Below, in pieces: positions 1-8,683 of a stretch of 64,000 bases of DNA (its first letter is position 1; every line of letters starts with the position of its first letter). The position numbers and the translations under genes are program-made. The stretch covers positions 23,767 through 87,766 of the forward strand of contig DATGIZ010000025.1 in the NCBI GenBank assembly GCA_035295465.1, read 5' to 3'. The stretch is from Candidatus Binatia bacterium. Its GTDB lineage: Bacteria; Desulfobacterota; Binatia; DP-6. The notes under the pieces are model-generated. The model did not search any database. It saw only the letters and a program-made list of their open reading frames with translations, and was not told the DNA's origin.

Positions 1-91
1 CAACAACCGCGAAAACCGCCGAACCGAAGCAGAGGATGGCGACTGCGGCCGCGGGCCACCTCGGCAAGGAATTATGCCTCGGCTCTGGCAT
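1..91 (-). CDS. possible N-terminus of a membrane protein running off the left edge (partial)
   Basis: ATG at 91..89 reads MPEPRHNSLPRWPAAAVAILCFGSAVFAVV, a hydrophobic helix co-directional with the polysaccharide locus. Only 30 codons are visible and GC3 is only about 73 percent. Confidence 0.25.
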   Translation of the reverse strand, partial: MPEPRHNSLPRWPAAAVAILCFGSAVFAVV

Positions 92-248
92 CCGAGTGTC
101 CGATGCGCAACATGAAATAGTTCTTCTCGCGTCCCCCGCTAAGCGGACAAACCGAACTGGGCCGTAGAAGCGTGTGGAGAGAGAGGGCGATACGACGAGC
201 CGGGGTTCGGCTCCTCAGCGATTGTGGCGTGGTCATCGTGCAGCACGT

Positions 249-1442
249 TCAGCAGGTCGAAAGAATAGAAACCACTGCTTTCTGCCATACGCCTTCGGGG
301 CGAGCGACGTCTGATGAACAAGCGGTGGGAATGGCGCATGTTCGGCCGATGCCAACGCGAAGAAGAGCGCGTGACGCCTCGATCACGGCTTCCACGTCGA
401 TGTCGTTTAAACAGCGCATCTGCTCGACCTGGCAACGCTCGAGCATGCATCCCTCACAGATCGGACGGCGGCGAAGTATCCGGTGCGCAGCGCCAACTGG
501 TTCCCACTTGCCTGGGAAGTCCCGGGCTGAGAAGACTGCCACGCAGGGAACACCTTCGGACGCGGCGAGGTGCATGGTGCCGGTGTCGTTGCCGACATAC
601 AGCGCACAGCGCCGAAGGGTGGCGGCAGCGACGCGCGGCGCCATCGCTCCGGCGGCATTGTAGCCGCGGCCGACGCTCCGTAGCAGCGCGTTGCAGTCTT
701 CACGGTCTTCGGCGCCTCCGAAGGTGACCGGCCACACGTCGAATTCGTCAATCAGGCGCTCCGCGACTTGCGCGAATCGGTCGAGCGGCCACCTCTTCGC
801 GGGCATCTTGGAGCCGGGTCCAATGGCTAGCCACTGGCGGCCACCATCGTCCGGCTCCTGTGCGTCGATCCATTTGCGAGAAGCCGCGCAATCCGCGGAG
901 GTAAGCGCAAGATCGAACCGCGCATTCGACAATTCAGGCATGGGCAGGCCGGCCGCCCGGAGGCGATCCAAAAGTAACTGCGCCTCGCTGGGCACGCGCG
1001 GAAGCGGAAGCTGCCGGCGAGACGGGGGTAGCGGAAACCTTGCGAAACCAATGCGTCGACGTATACCGCCGAGCCGAAAAAACCGCTCGTCGCGGGTCAC
1101 CTGCCGCGGAGAGCGCGCGCTCGGTGCCAGGTAGATCAGCGCGTCGAAAGCGCGCCGGCGCAGCTGCACGAGCAACGCGAGCTGTCCAAGGCGCTCAGCC
1201 GGCGTGTGGCTGCCGTCCGGCGAGCCCGGATAGAAGAGAACGTCGCCGAACATGCCCGTGCCCTCGAACAACGAATGGCCCGGGATGACGTTCTCGAAGC
1301 GTTGGCGCTTCGTCAGCAGGGTGAAATGTGCGTGGGGCCAAAGGCTGCGCAAGGCCCAGAAAGATGGCGCGGCCATCAGGGTGTCGCCCAGCGCACCAAT
1401 GTGGTAAATCAGCACGCGCTCAGGGGATGGGACTGGCGCCAT
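249..1442 (-). CDS. glycosyltransferase family 9 (heptosyltransferase-like)
   Basis: 397-aa ORF. The N-terminal RVLIYHIGALGDTLMA and C-terminal YVGNDTGTMHLAA segments are typical of GT9 ADP-heptose transferases. Confidence 0.85.
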   Translation of the reverse strand: MAPVPSPERVLIYHIGALGDTLMAAPSFWALRSLWPHAHFTLLTKRQRFENVIPGHSLFEGTGMFGDVLFYPGSPDGSHTPAERLGQLALLVQLRRRAFDALIYLAPSARSPRQVTRDERFFRLGGIRRRIGFARFPLPPSRRQLPLPRVPSEAQLLLDRLRAAGLPMPELSNARFDLALTSADCAASRKWIDAQEPDDGGRQWLAIGPGSKMPAKRWPLDRFAQVAERLIDEFDVWPVTFGGAEDREDCNALLRSVGRGYNAAGAMAPRVAAATLRRCALYVGNDTGTMHLAASEGVPCVAVFSARDFPGKWEPVGAAHRILRRRPICEGCMLERCQVEQMRCLNDIDVEAVIEASRALLRVGIGRTCAIPTACSSDVARPEGVWQKAVVSILSTC

Positions 1443-1448
1443 CAGCAG

Positions 1449-2471
1449 TTACACGGTCTGCCCGGTGCCCGCTTCGCTCGGTTGGAGCCGTAGCCTAGGC
1501 ACGGAACTTGGTGGCTGGTCACCATGCAGGCGGGCGTGGATCCACCGATAAGTGCGCGCCAAACCTTCCTCCAATGAAATGAGCGGCTCCCAGCCGAGCA
1601 CCTGCCGCAGCCGCGTGTTGTCACTGTTCCGCCCGCGGACGCCTTGGGGCTTGGTCAGAGCATGGCGTTTATTAATGCGCTTGCCCGCGATCGTGGCTAC
1701 GATGTCGACGAGTTCGTTTATGGAGAGAAGGCGATCCTGACCGAGATTGAGAGGGTCAACGAAGTCGGACTGCATCAACCGGTAGATTCCCACCACGCAG
1801 TCGTCTATGTAGCAATACGATCGCGTCTGCTGGCCGTCGCCCCAGACCTCGATCGTATCGCCATCGCGCGCAAGGGCAACCTTGCGACAGATCGCGGCAG
1901 GCGATTTCTCCCGTCCCCCCTCGTAGGTGCCGAGCGGGCCGAAGATGTTGTGGAACCGCACGATACGAGTGTCGAGGCCGAAGTCTTCACGGTAGTGGCG
2001 GCACAGCCGCTCGGTAAAAAGTTTCTCCCAGCCGTAGCCATCCTCGGCGTCCGCGGGATAGGCGTCCTCTTCGCGCAGCGGCCTGACGTCTGGTGTGTCC
2101 TGCCGGTATCCCGGATAGACGCAGGCCGACGAGGTGTACAGCAGCCGCCGGATGCCGTTGAGGCGGGCGGCCTCGAGGGTGTGCGTGTTGATCAGCACGT
2201 TGTCACGGGAGATGGCTGCCTTGTTGTTGTGGATGAAGCCGATGCCGCCCATGTTCGCGGCCAGCGCATAGACCTCGTCGACGGCGCGCGTCGCGATGAG
2301 GCAGTTGTCCCACCGTCGGAGATCGAGCAGGGCGAACTCGTGCGCGGCCGTGGCCTCGTACTCCGGGGGTTTCAAGTCGACGCCGCGGACCCAGTAGCCG
2401 CGGCCAGCGAGGTACTGCACGAGATGGTGGCCGATGAAGCCCCCCGCGCCGGTGACAAGCACTCTTCTCAT
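1449..2471 (-). CDS. NAD-dependent sugar-nucleotide epimerase, GDP-mannose 3,5-epimerase-like
   Basis: VLVTGAGGFIGHHL Rossmann motif. SSACVYP, GREKSPAAICRK and GVRGRNSDN match my recollection of GDP-mannose 3,5-epimerases nearly residue for residue. The start overlaps the upstream stop (ATGA). Confidence 0.8.
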   Translation of the reverse strand: MRRVLVTGAGGFIGHHLVQYLAGRGYWVRGVDLKPPEYEATAAHEFALLDLRRWDNCLIATRAVDEVYALAANMGGIGFIHNNKAAISRDNVLINTHTLEAARLNGIRRLLYTSSACVYPGYRQDTPDVRPLREEDAYPADAEDGYGWEKLFTERLCRHYREDFGLDTRIVRFHNIFGPLGTYEGGREKSPAAICRKVALARDGDTIEVWGDGQQTRSYCYIDDCVVGIYRLMQSDFVDPLNLGQDRLLSINELVDIVATIAGKRINKRHALTKPQGVRGRNSDNTRLRQVLGWEPLISLEEGLARTYRWIHARLHGDQPPSSVPRLRLQPSEAGTGQTV

Positions 2472-3400
2472 CGATAGATCCTCCGTACCTTGTCTGCGGT
2501 CGATGAAGGCTCGGGTGGGGTGTGCGAAGTAGGAGGCGCCGCGGCAACGGCATGAGACGACTGTCGCGGCTCCTGTCTTGCCGCCAGCTCGCGCTCGAGC
2601 AACTTCGCGTCGACGAGGAACCGAAACCAGAACGTCTGCAATACGAAGAACACGAGGCCCTCGCGCCCGTCGAGGAAGCCCATACGCATGATGTATCGAT
2701 AGAGGAAGAGAAGGACTGCTCGTGCAAACCTCGGAGAGCCCTCGTAAACCTCTCGAAGAGCCCGCTTCCGCTCAACAGGATTCCCTCGTAGACGTCCGCG
2801 AATGACGCCCTCGCTGTCGGAACGCAGCGCTTGGGTAGCTTCGGCCTCCGTCCACTGGTTGTGACGAGCAGTCCACTCGAAAAGCGACATTCGGACGTCG
2901 TCGATGATCGGGTGGGGTAGCTTGGCGGTTTTGCCGTTGACGTAGAAGTGCTGATCGTATTTGCGCTCCTCGCAACGGCCTGCGCGCCGACGGAAAAGGC
3001 GCGTATGCCACACGGGGTACATTCCACCGTGGCGGATCGGACGCCCGAGGAAGTACGTCAGGCGGGGGATATGATAGCCTTGGATTTCAGGTGGGATACC
3101 GTAGAGCATGAGCTCTCGTATCGCGGCAATAAGTTCTGCGGTGGGACGTTCGTCGGCATCCAGGTGTAGCTCCCAGTCATAACGAAGGGGTAGCGCGTCT
3201 ATCGCCCAATTACGTTGTGCGCTGTAGTTGAGAAAAGGGTGGGTCACCAGATGCGCGCCGAAAGAGCGCGCGATGCGGGCGGTGTTGTCCGTGCTTCCGC
3301 TGTCTACGACATGGATATCGTCGGACAGCTGACAGGCTGCAGCGAGGGTCGCCCCAATTGTAGCCTCAGAATTAAAAGTGAGAATTATGACGGAGATCAT
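2468..3400 (-). CDS. glycosyltransferase family 2
   Basis: MISVIILTFNSEATI ... HVVDSGSTDNT is a GT2 N-terminal signature. There are 4-nt overlaps with both neighbours. Confidence 0.85.
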   Translation of the reverse strand: MISVIILTFNSEATIGATLAAACQLSDDIHVVDSGSTDNTARIARSFGAHLVTHPFLNYSAQRNWAIDALPLRYDWELHLDADERPTAELIAAIRELMLYGIPPEIQGYHIPRLTYFLGRPIRHGGMYPVWHTRLFRRRAGRCEERKYDQHFYVNGKTAKLPHPIIDDVRMSLFEWTARHNQWTEAEATQALRSDSEGVIRGRLRGNPVERKRALREVYEGSPRFARAVLLFLYRYIMRMGFLDGREGLVFFVLQTFWFRFLVDAKLLERELAARQEPRQSSHAVAAAPPTSHTPPEPSSTADKVRRIYR

Positions 3401-4209
3401 TGACGGTGGTAGACGTGCGGGTTATCGCGAAGGCCGAGGGGGAACAATTTGCGGAGCATATTGCGCACGAAAGTGTCGGTTCGGAGGATAGCGTCGGCGA
3501 AAACGTGGGGCGGAGTCGCCCGGAAGGAGGTGACGTGAAAATAGTCCTTCCCGTCGATGGGGCGTGGCGAGAAGAGGTAGTTGGAAACACAGCAGCGCCC
3601 GCGCGTGTGGGAAACTTCGGTCACCGAATGATAGGAGGAGCGGGTGGTTTCCATGATGACCAGCCGGTTGAACCGATATGCGATGGTGCGGGGTGGGACC
3701 GTGAATCCTTGTTCCCAGAGCTGGAGATGGCCGCCGTAGTCATCCTTCCAGTCCGGCGTGACGTAGAAGAGGAGGTTGAGGACGCGGTAGCGCCGGCGTT
3801 CCCGATCGTGGGAGTTGTCGAGGTGGGGGTTAACGAAACAGCCTCGCGTCATCAGGCTCAGGCCGCTCACGTAGAGAGTGGGATCGGGGAGCAAGGGGCG
3901 GATGCCCGTGAGGTCCGCGACGACGTCCAGGAGCGGCGGCTCCTGAAAGGCAAAGACGAGTTCCTCGAGGAGGGGGTGATACAGGTTCATCTGCGACGAT
4001 GCGTACTTGAACTCGCGGAAGGTCTTCTGGCGAATGAGACGATCCGCCGGAGGAAAAAGATCGTGAATCCGCTTCGCCTCGTCGGCGGGAAGAAGATCGT
4101 CGATGATGCAGGTCCGCAGGCGACCTGCGGTGGCGAACTCGCGAGCGAACGCATCACGCTCACGCATTAAGCGGTGCACGATGTGTTGAGCGAAGGTGGT
4201 CCTATCCAT
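3397..4209 (-). CDS. 2OG-Fe(II) oxygenase superfamily protein
   Basis: Track ORF 3397..4446 trimmed to the ATG at 4209 (MDRTTFAQ), which overlaps the upstream stop at 4202 by 8 nt. NPHLDNSHD ... SSYHSV fits an HxD...H iron triad. The discarded extension is Arg/Ser-rich. Confidence 0.7.
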   Translation of the reverse strand: MDRTTFAQHIVHRLMRERDAFAREFATAGRLRTCIIDDLLPADEAKRIHDLFPPADRLIRQKTFREFKYASSQMNLYHPLLEELVFAFQEPPLLDVVADLTGIRPLLPDPTLYVSGLSLMTRGCFVNPHLDNSHDRERRRYRVLNLLFYVTPDWKDDYGGHLQLWEQGFTVPPRTIAYRFNRLVIMETTRSSYHSVTEVSHTRGRCCVSNYLFSPRPIDGKDYFHVTSFRATPPHVFADAILRTDTFVRNMLRKLFPLGLRDNPHVYHRQ

Positions 4210-5503
4210 GGTCCAGCTCCGTCCCAATCTCAAACTGTTCACGATGAGGAGCCCTCCGGTCCTCGGGCTGGCGGACTGCGGCGACAGCCGCCAGTTGGGC
4301 CTCCATCGCCTTGAGCAAACCGTGTCGGTCCCAGCGCTCGCCGGCATAGCAACGTCCGGCTGCGCCCATGTGCTCCCGGCGCGTCCGGTCCGCACGGAGC
4401 GCCGCGATGCCGCCGTGGAGCGCTGGGCCGTCCTCGGGTGGGACAACCAGTCCCGCGCCGGACTCTTCCATCACACGCGCGACTTCGCTCGTCGCGTTCA
4501 CCGACGCGATTAGCGGCCGTCCTGCGGCGAGGAGCGTGAGGACCTTCGACGGGAAGACGATGTCCGCCACGGTGCGCTGTTGCGTGACGAGGCAAATATC
4601 GGCCGCAGCGAGCATGTCATGGAACACGGCGTTCGGTTGGAGGGGCAGAAATCGAACGTTCTGGAGCCGTTTGCTCGCGACGGCGCGCTCCAGCGCCGGA
4701 CGCACGGCGCCGTCGCCGACGAGGAGATGCACGATGCCGGGATCGCCGGCCGAGTGTTCTGCGGCGTCGAGCACCACGCCGAGGCCCTGCTTCACGCCCA
4801 TATTGCCGGCGTGGAGGACAAGGAAGCGGCCTTCGAGATCGAAGGTGCGCCGAAACGAGGCGCCACCGCCGCGGAGCGGGATGGTAAAGAGCAGCGGATC
4901 GGCCCAGTCGGAGAAGAGCCGTACCTTGGCGGCGGGAATGCCCTTTGCGAGGATTCTCCGTCGCATGGCTTCGGTAAGCGTGGTCACTAGGGCCGAGCAG
5001 CGATAGGAGAGGCGTTCGACGGCGTACAGCGTCGTGAGCAGCCTCCCCGACCGGAGCATGCCCAAGTCGGCCGCCGCGTCGGGTTGGAGATCTGGAACAT
5101 GGAGGACGTACGGAATCCTCCACAGCCGGCTCAGCAGGATCGAGCTCAGCCCGAGCGCCAGAGGGGGCGACACGGTCAGGAGGATATCGGGCCGCCGGCC
5201 GGACAGGGCGCGAACGCACGACGACGCCACGAAGGACGCCTCGTGCAGCATGCGGCGGACGGGGGTGACGTTGCGCGGCGCATACAGATACGACCGACGA
5301 ATGTCGACGCCGGCCCGGCGCTCGCTCGCGAAAAGCCGCCCGCGATACGCCTCCGGGACCTGCCACTGCGGGTAGTACGGGAAGCCCGTGACCATCACGA
5401 CGTTGTGACCGCGTGCGGCGAGGTACTCGCACCGCCCCGTGTTGAAGACCGCAATGCCCGTCTCCTCCGGCCAGTAGTTGATTCCGAGGAAGAGAACCCG
5501 CAT
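4202..5503 (-). CDS. glycosyltransferase family 4 (WcaI-like)
   Basis: Trimmed to MRVLFLGINYWPEETGIAVFN at 5503, 10 nt after the upstream stop. This N-terminus is characteristic of WcaI-type GT4 enzymes. Confidence 0.85.
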   Translation of the reverse strand: MRVLFLGINYWPEETGIAVFNTGRCEYLAARGHNVVMVTGFPYYPQWQVPEAYRGRLFASERRAGVDIRRSYLYAPRNVTPVRRMLHEASFVASSCVRALSGRRPDILLTVSPPLALGLSSILLSRLWRIPYVLHVPDLQPDAAADLGMLRSGRLLTTLYAVERLSYRCSALVTTLTEAMRRRILAKGIPAAKVRLFSDWADPLLFTIPLRGGGASFRRTFDLEGRFLVLHAGNMGVKQGLGVVLDAAEHSAGDPGIVHLLVGDGAVRPALERAVASKRLQNVRFLPLQPNAVFHDMLAAADICLVTQQRTVADIVFPSKVLTLLAAGRPLIASVNATSEVARVMEESGAGLVVPPEDGPALHGGIAALRADRTRREHMGAAGRCYAGERWDRHGLLKAMEAQLAAVAAVRQPEDRRAPHREQFEIGTELDHG

Positions 5504-5513
5504 TCGCACCGCC

Positions 5514-6707
5514 TCAAGCCCTTGCGCTGCTGGGCTCGTCGTGGAGCGCAAGGATGCTCCGGTACACGCGGACCATTTCCGCGGCCGCGGCGTCCCAGGT
5601 GAGCCGTTCGTGGACGAGCCGGCGGCCGCGCACCCCCATCGTACGTCCACGCTCGGGGTCGTCCAGCAAGGTGCGAATGGCATCGGCCAGCACGATCGCA
5701 TCGCAGGGGATCACGAGCCCCGCGCGCGCCGCTGCCACCTCCCGCCAGATGTTCACGCGATCCGAGATCACCACCGGAAGACCGCACGCCATCGCCTCGA
5801 CGACGGCGAGCCCGAAGTTCTCGCTGTAGGACGGTAGAACGAAGACATCCGCGTCGACCAGGGCCTCGAGTGTCGCCGGGTCGAGCAGGAGTCCCGTGAA
5901 CGTCGCGCGGCGCGCGATGCCGGCACGCGTGAGCCAGGTGCGGACTTGGGTGCCGTAGCCTTCGTCGTCGGGCCCCACGACCGCCAAGTGCCAGTCGTCC
6001 CGCGTGCGCAGACGCCCGAGTGCCTCCGCTACGAGGTCGAGCCCCTTCTTGAAGTTGATTCGACCGAAGTGGAGCACGAGCTTGCGATTGCCGATCTCCG
6101 GATGGCGGGCACGGAAGCGACCGTGGGAGGGCAAGCGCTCGAATCGCCGAACATCGATGCCGTTTGGGACGACGACTGCCGGCGCACGGAACCCGAAGGG
6201 CCGCGCCAGCTCGGCCTCTTCGAGCGTAGTGAAGTGAAGGCCGGCGGCGTGATCGAGGTTCCGGCGCTCCACGAGCCGTTCGTATACCCATTTCCGCCCC
6301 CGGTGACGGCGGACGATGTAAGGGTCCAGCGTGCCGTGCGGTCGAACGAGATAAGGCACAGCGAAGCGGCGGCAGTAGTGCGCTGCGACGGCGGACGTGA
6401 AGAGGTAGAGGGAGTGGACGTGAACGATGTCGAAGTCGGGTATCGTGTCGCGCAGCGCCCGCGCCAGGGGCAGGGAGCACTTGTACTGACGGGGCGGCTG
6501 AACCGGGAAGTACCGGATTGCCACGCCTTCGTCGGCGACGGAACGATCGAGTGGCACGTCGAGGTCCGAGTCTCCATCGATGTTGGTCGAGTAGATGGTA
6601 ACCTGCGCGCCGTGGCGAACGAGCGCGCGGCACAGCTCGGGGCATGCGCGCGAGGGCCCGCCGTAGCGTGGGGCGAGGGCCGCGGCTACATGGAGAACCT
6701 TCATCAC
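5514..6707 (-). CDS. glycosyltransferase family 4
   Basis: MKVLHVAAALAPRYGGPS N-terminus and VFVLPSYSENFGLAVVEAMACGLPVV C-terminal GT-B motif. Confidence 0.85.
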   Translation of the reverse strand: MMKVLHVAAALAPRYGGPSRACPELCRALVRHGAQVTIYSTNIDGDSDLDVPLDRSVADEGVAIRYFPVQPPRQYKCSLPLARALRDTIPDFDIVHVHSLYLFTSAVAAHYCRRFAVPYLVRPHGTLDPYIVRRHRGRKWVYERLVERRNLDHAAGLHFTTLEEAELARPFGFRAPAVVVPNGIDVRRFERLPSHGRFRARHPEIGNRKLVLHFGRINFKKGLDLVAEALGRLRTRDDWHLAVVGPDDEGYGTQVRTWLTRAGIARRATFTGLLLDPATLEALVDADVFVLPSYSENFGLAVVEAMACGLPVVISDRVNIWREVAAARAGLVIPCDAIVLADAIRTLLDDPERGRTMGVRGRRLVHERLTWDAAAAEMVRVYRSILALHDEPSSARA

Positions 6708-8683
6708 TCCACTAAGGCCATTTGCCGACCGGCGAGCCGGAACGCGATGGCGCTCGCGCTAGGCTCCGTCACGAATGCCTTCTGCGCTCCCCCGACCCAG
6801 ACATGGGCCGGCCTCCCGGGCCAAGGCAGCCGGACGGTGACCTCGGGCGAATCGGGGTTGAACGCGGCCGCCACGGCCCGCCCGTCGGGCCAGCGTGCGA
6901 CCCACGCTTTCTCCGAAGGCGTCTCGAAGCTCGCCGGCGGGGTGGTATCCTCAGGGCCGATCCACGCTGCATAGACGAAACGGTCGCCTCGGCGCGCGCC
7001 GCCCGCCAGCGGTCGGCGAAACTCGAGACCGTCCCACGCCTTGTCGGCCGGTTCCTTGTATCCCGGAACGCGGACGACCTCTGGTGTGCCGAAATTCCGA
7101 AGCAGCGCGACGCTCAGCGGACCGCTCTGCCAAGTAGTGGCGCCAACTTGACGTACCGGAGCCGGCCCGAGTTGGATCCGGCCCGCGACGGCGATCGCCG
7201 GCGCATCGGCCGTGGCTTCGAGGCAGACGAGCCCGAGAATCCCGTCACCGGCAGCACGCCAGACCTGCGTCATCCGCCACGGCGACGGGTTCGTCGTCGG
7301 CGGAGGCACGCCGTTGATGATGCTCCGTTGGAGCGTGTAGCGCGCGCCGATACCCGCGGCGACATCGGCAGCCTGCGCGACAGCGGTGTCGTCCTGCATC
7401 TCCGAAAGCCAGAGTCCGTCGGCGTCATTTGCGTCCCGAATCACGTGGATCTCTGCGCCGCGGAAGGCCGCGAGCAGCGGCGGGACCGCCGTGGCGCTCG
7501 TGATCAGCCCGCCGACGAACGTGTTGCGCAGCCCGCGACCTTGCGTCACCCCGAAGTACCACTGGCCGTTCCGCCCGCGGATGCCGCGAATGTTCCCATC
7601 GGCCTCGAGAAACCGGGCCGGCATCGGCGCGGTTTCCCCATCAAGACGCCACCAGGGAGCGACGTACACGCCGGTCATCCCGAGATCGTGCACGGGGGTG
7701 CGCGCGAGCGCCTGCAGCAACAGCCACCGATTCCGTGGATCGTGCGTGACCCCGTCGGCCACGACGAGCGGGGCGGGGCCGAGATAGTCCCAGGTCTGCT
7801 TCCACCAAGCGTCGCTCCAGTACTCTGGCTGACCCTCGGCGGTCATCACCAGCGGCCAGTAGTGCACGGTGCGCTCGATGATACGTCGTGCGGCTACGTT
7901 GCCGCTCACCCTGAGGTAACGGCCCAGGAGAACGAGATTCAGGGCATGGTAGATGGGAGCCTCGTTCTCCTGGCCGATATAGTGGATGCCGCCGTCGGGC
8001 AACACGTTGGCGCTGACCTGTTCGATCATGCGGATAGAGAGATCGTGGTCCGCCTGGTTCCCGAAGAGCTTTGCCGATAGTTCCATGACGAGGGCGTAGT
8101 ACAGGTCCTGGTTCGCGTAGCCGCCCGCCGCGAGTCCGCCCCAGTCCCACGGAATCTCGCCTCGATAAGCACGGCGCTGCACGTCCACTGCTTCGGCGAG
8201 ACGGTCGCGCCATCGCGACCACGCGGCCGTCCCCTCGGGGAGTTCCTTGAGCAACAGGATGCCGTCGAACAGCGGGCCGAGAACGAATCGGTTGACGTTG
8301 GGATCCCCATCCACGGCCCCGGGGTGCCACCATGTGCCGCCATCACAGTGGGAGACGAGCCAGTCGGCGATGGCGAGCGCTCGGTCGACCAAATCCTTGC
8401 GGCCGTGCAGGGGCGAGGTCTCGGAGGCGGCCGCGTAGGAGACGTTCAGAAACTCCTCGGCCAGTCCTCTGAATTGCCACGCGCTTTTCACCACGGCCGG
8501 TGGCTGAAAAGGGCGCTCGATGCGCGCATATCGCTTGGTGTTCAGAACCTCGAAGGGGTTGCCGTTGGGGGCGAGGGCAATCCACTGCGGGAGGTGATTC
8601 GCGGTGTCCGAAAGGTTGGCCGCACCCGGAAGGCCAGGAACCAGCGTGATTGACAACGCCGCCACCAATCGCCCCAACCTCAT
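6704..8683 (-). CDS. secreted protein of unknown function inside the EPS locus (polysaccharide lyase/hydrolase-like by inference)
   Basis: Track ORF 6704..9874 trimmed to MRLGRLVAALSITLVPGLPGAA (signal peptide) at 8683. ATGA overlaps with the flippase stop (8680) and the GT4 start (6707). The N-terminal half is Trp/Tyr-rich and helical-looking, and the C-terminal half is beta-rich. Confidence 0.7.
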   Translation of the reverse strand: MRLGRLVAALSITLVPGLPGAANLSDTANHLPQWIALAPNGNPFEVLNTKRYARIERPFQPPAVVKSAWQFRGLAEEFLNVSYAAASETSPLHGRKDLVDRALAIADWLVSHCDGGTWWHPGAVDGDPNVNRFVLGPLFDGILLLKELPEGTAAWSRWRDRLAEAVDVQRRAYRGEIPWDWGGLAAGGYANQDLYYALVMELSAKLFGNQADHDLSIRMIEQVSANVLPDGGIHYIGQENEAPIYHALNLVLLGRYLRVSGNVAARRIIERTVHYWPLVMTAEGQPEYWSDAWWKQTWDYLGPAPLVVADGVTHDPRNRWLLLQALARTPVHDLGMTGVYVAPWWRLDGETAPMPARFLEADGNIRGIRGRNGQWYFGVTQGRGLRNTFVGGLITSATAVPPLLAAFRGAEIHVIRDANDADGLWLSEMQDDTAVAQAADVAAGIGARYTLQRSIINGVPPPTTNPSPWRMTQVWRAAGDGILGLVCLEATADAPAIAVAGRIQLGPAPVRQVGATTWQSGPLSVALLRNFGTPEVVRVPGYKEPADKAWDGLEFRRPLAGGARRGDRFVYAAWIGPEDTTPPASFETPSEKAWVARWPDGRAVAAAFNPDSPEVTVRLPWPGRPAHVWVGGAQKAFVTEPSASAIAFRLAGRQMALVE

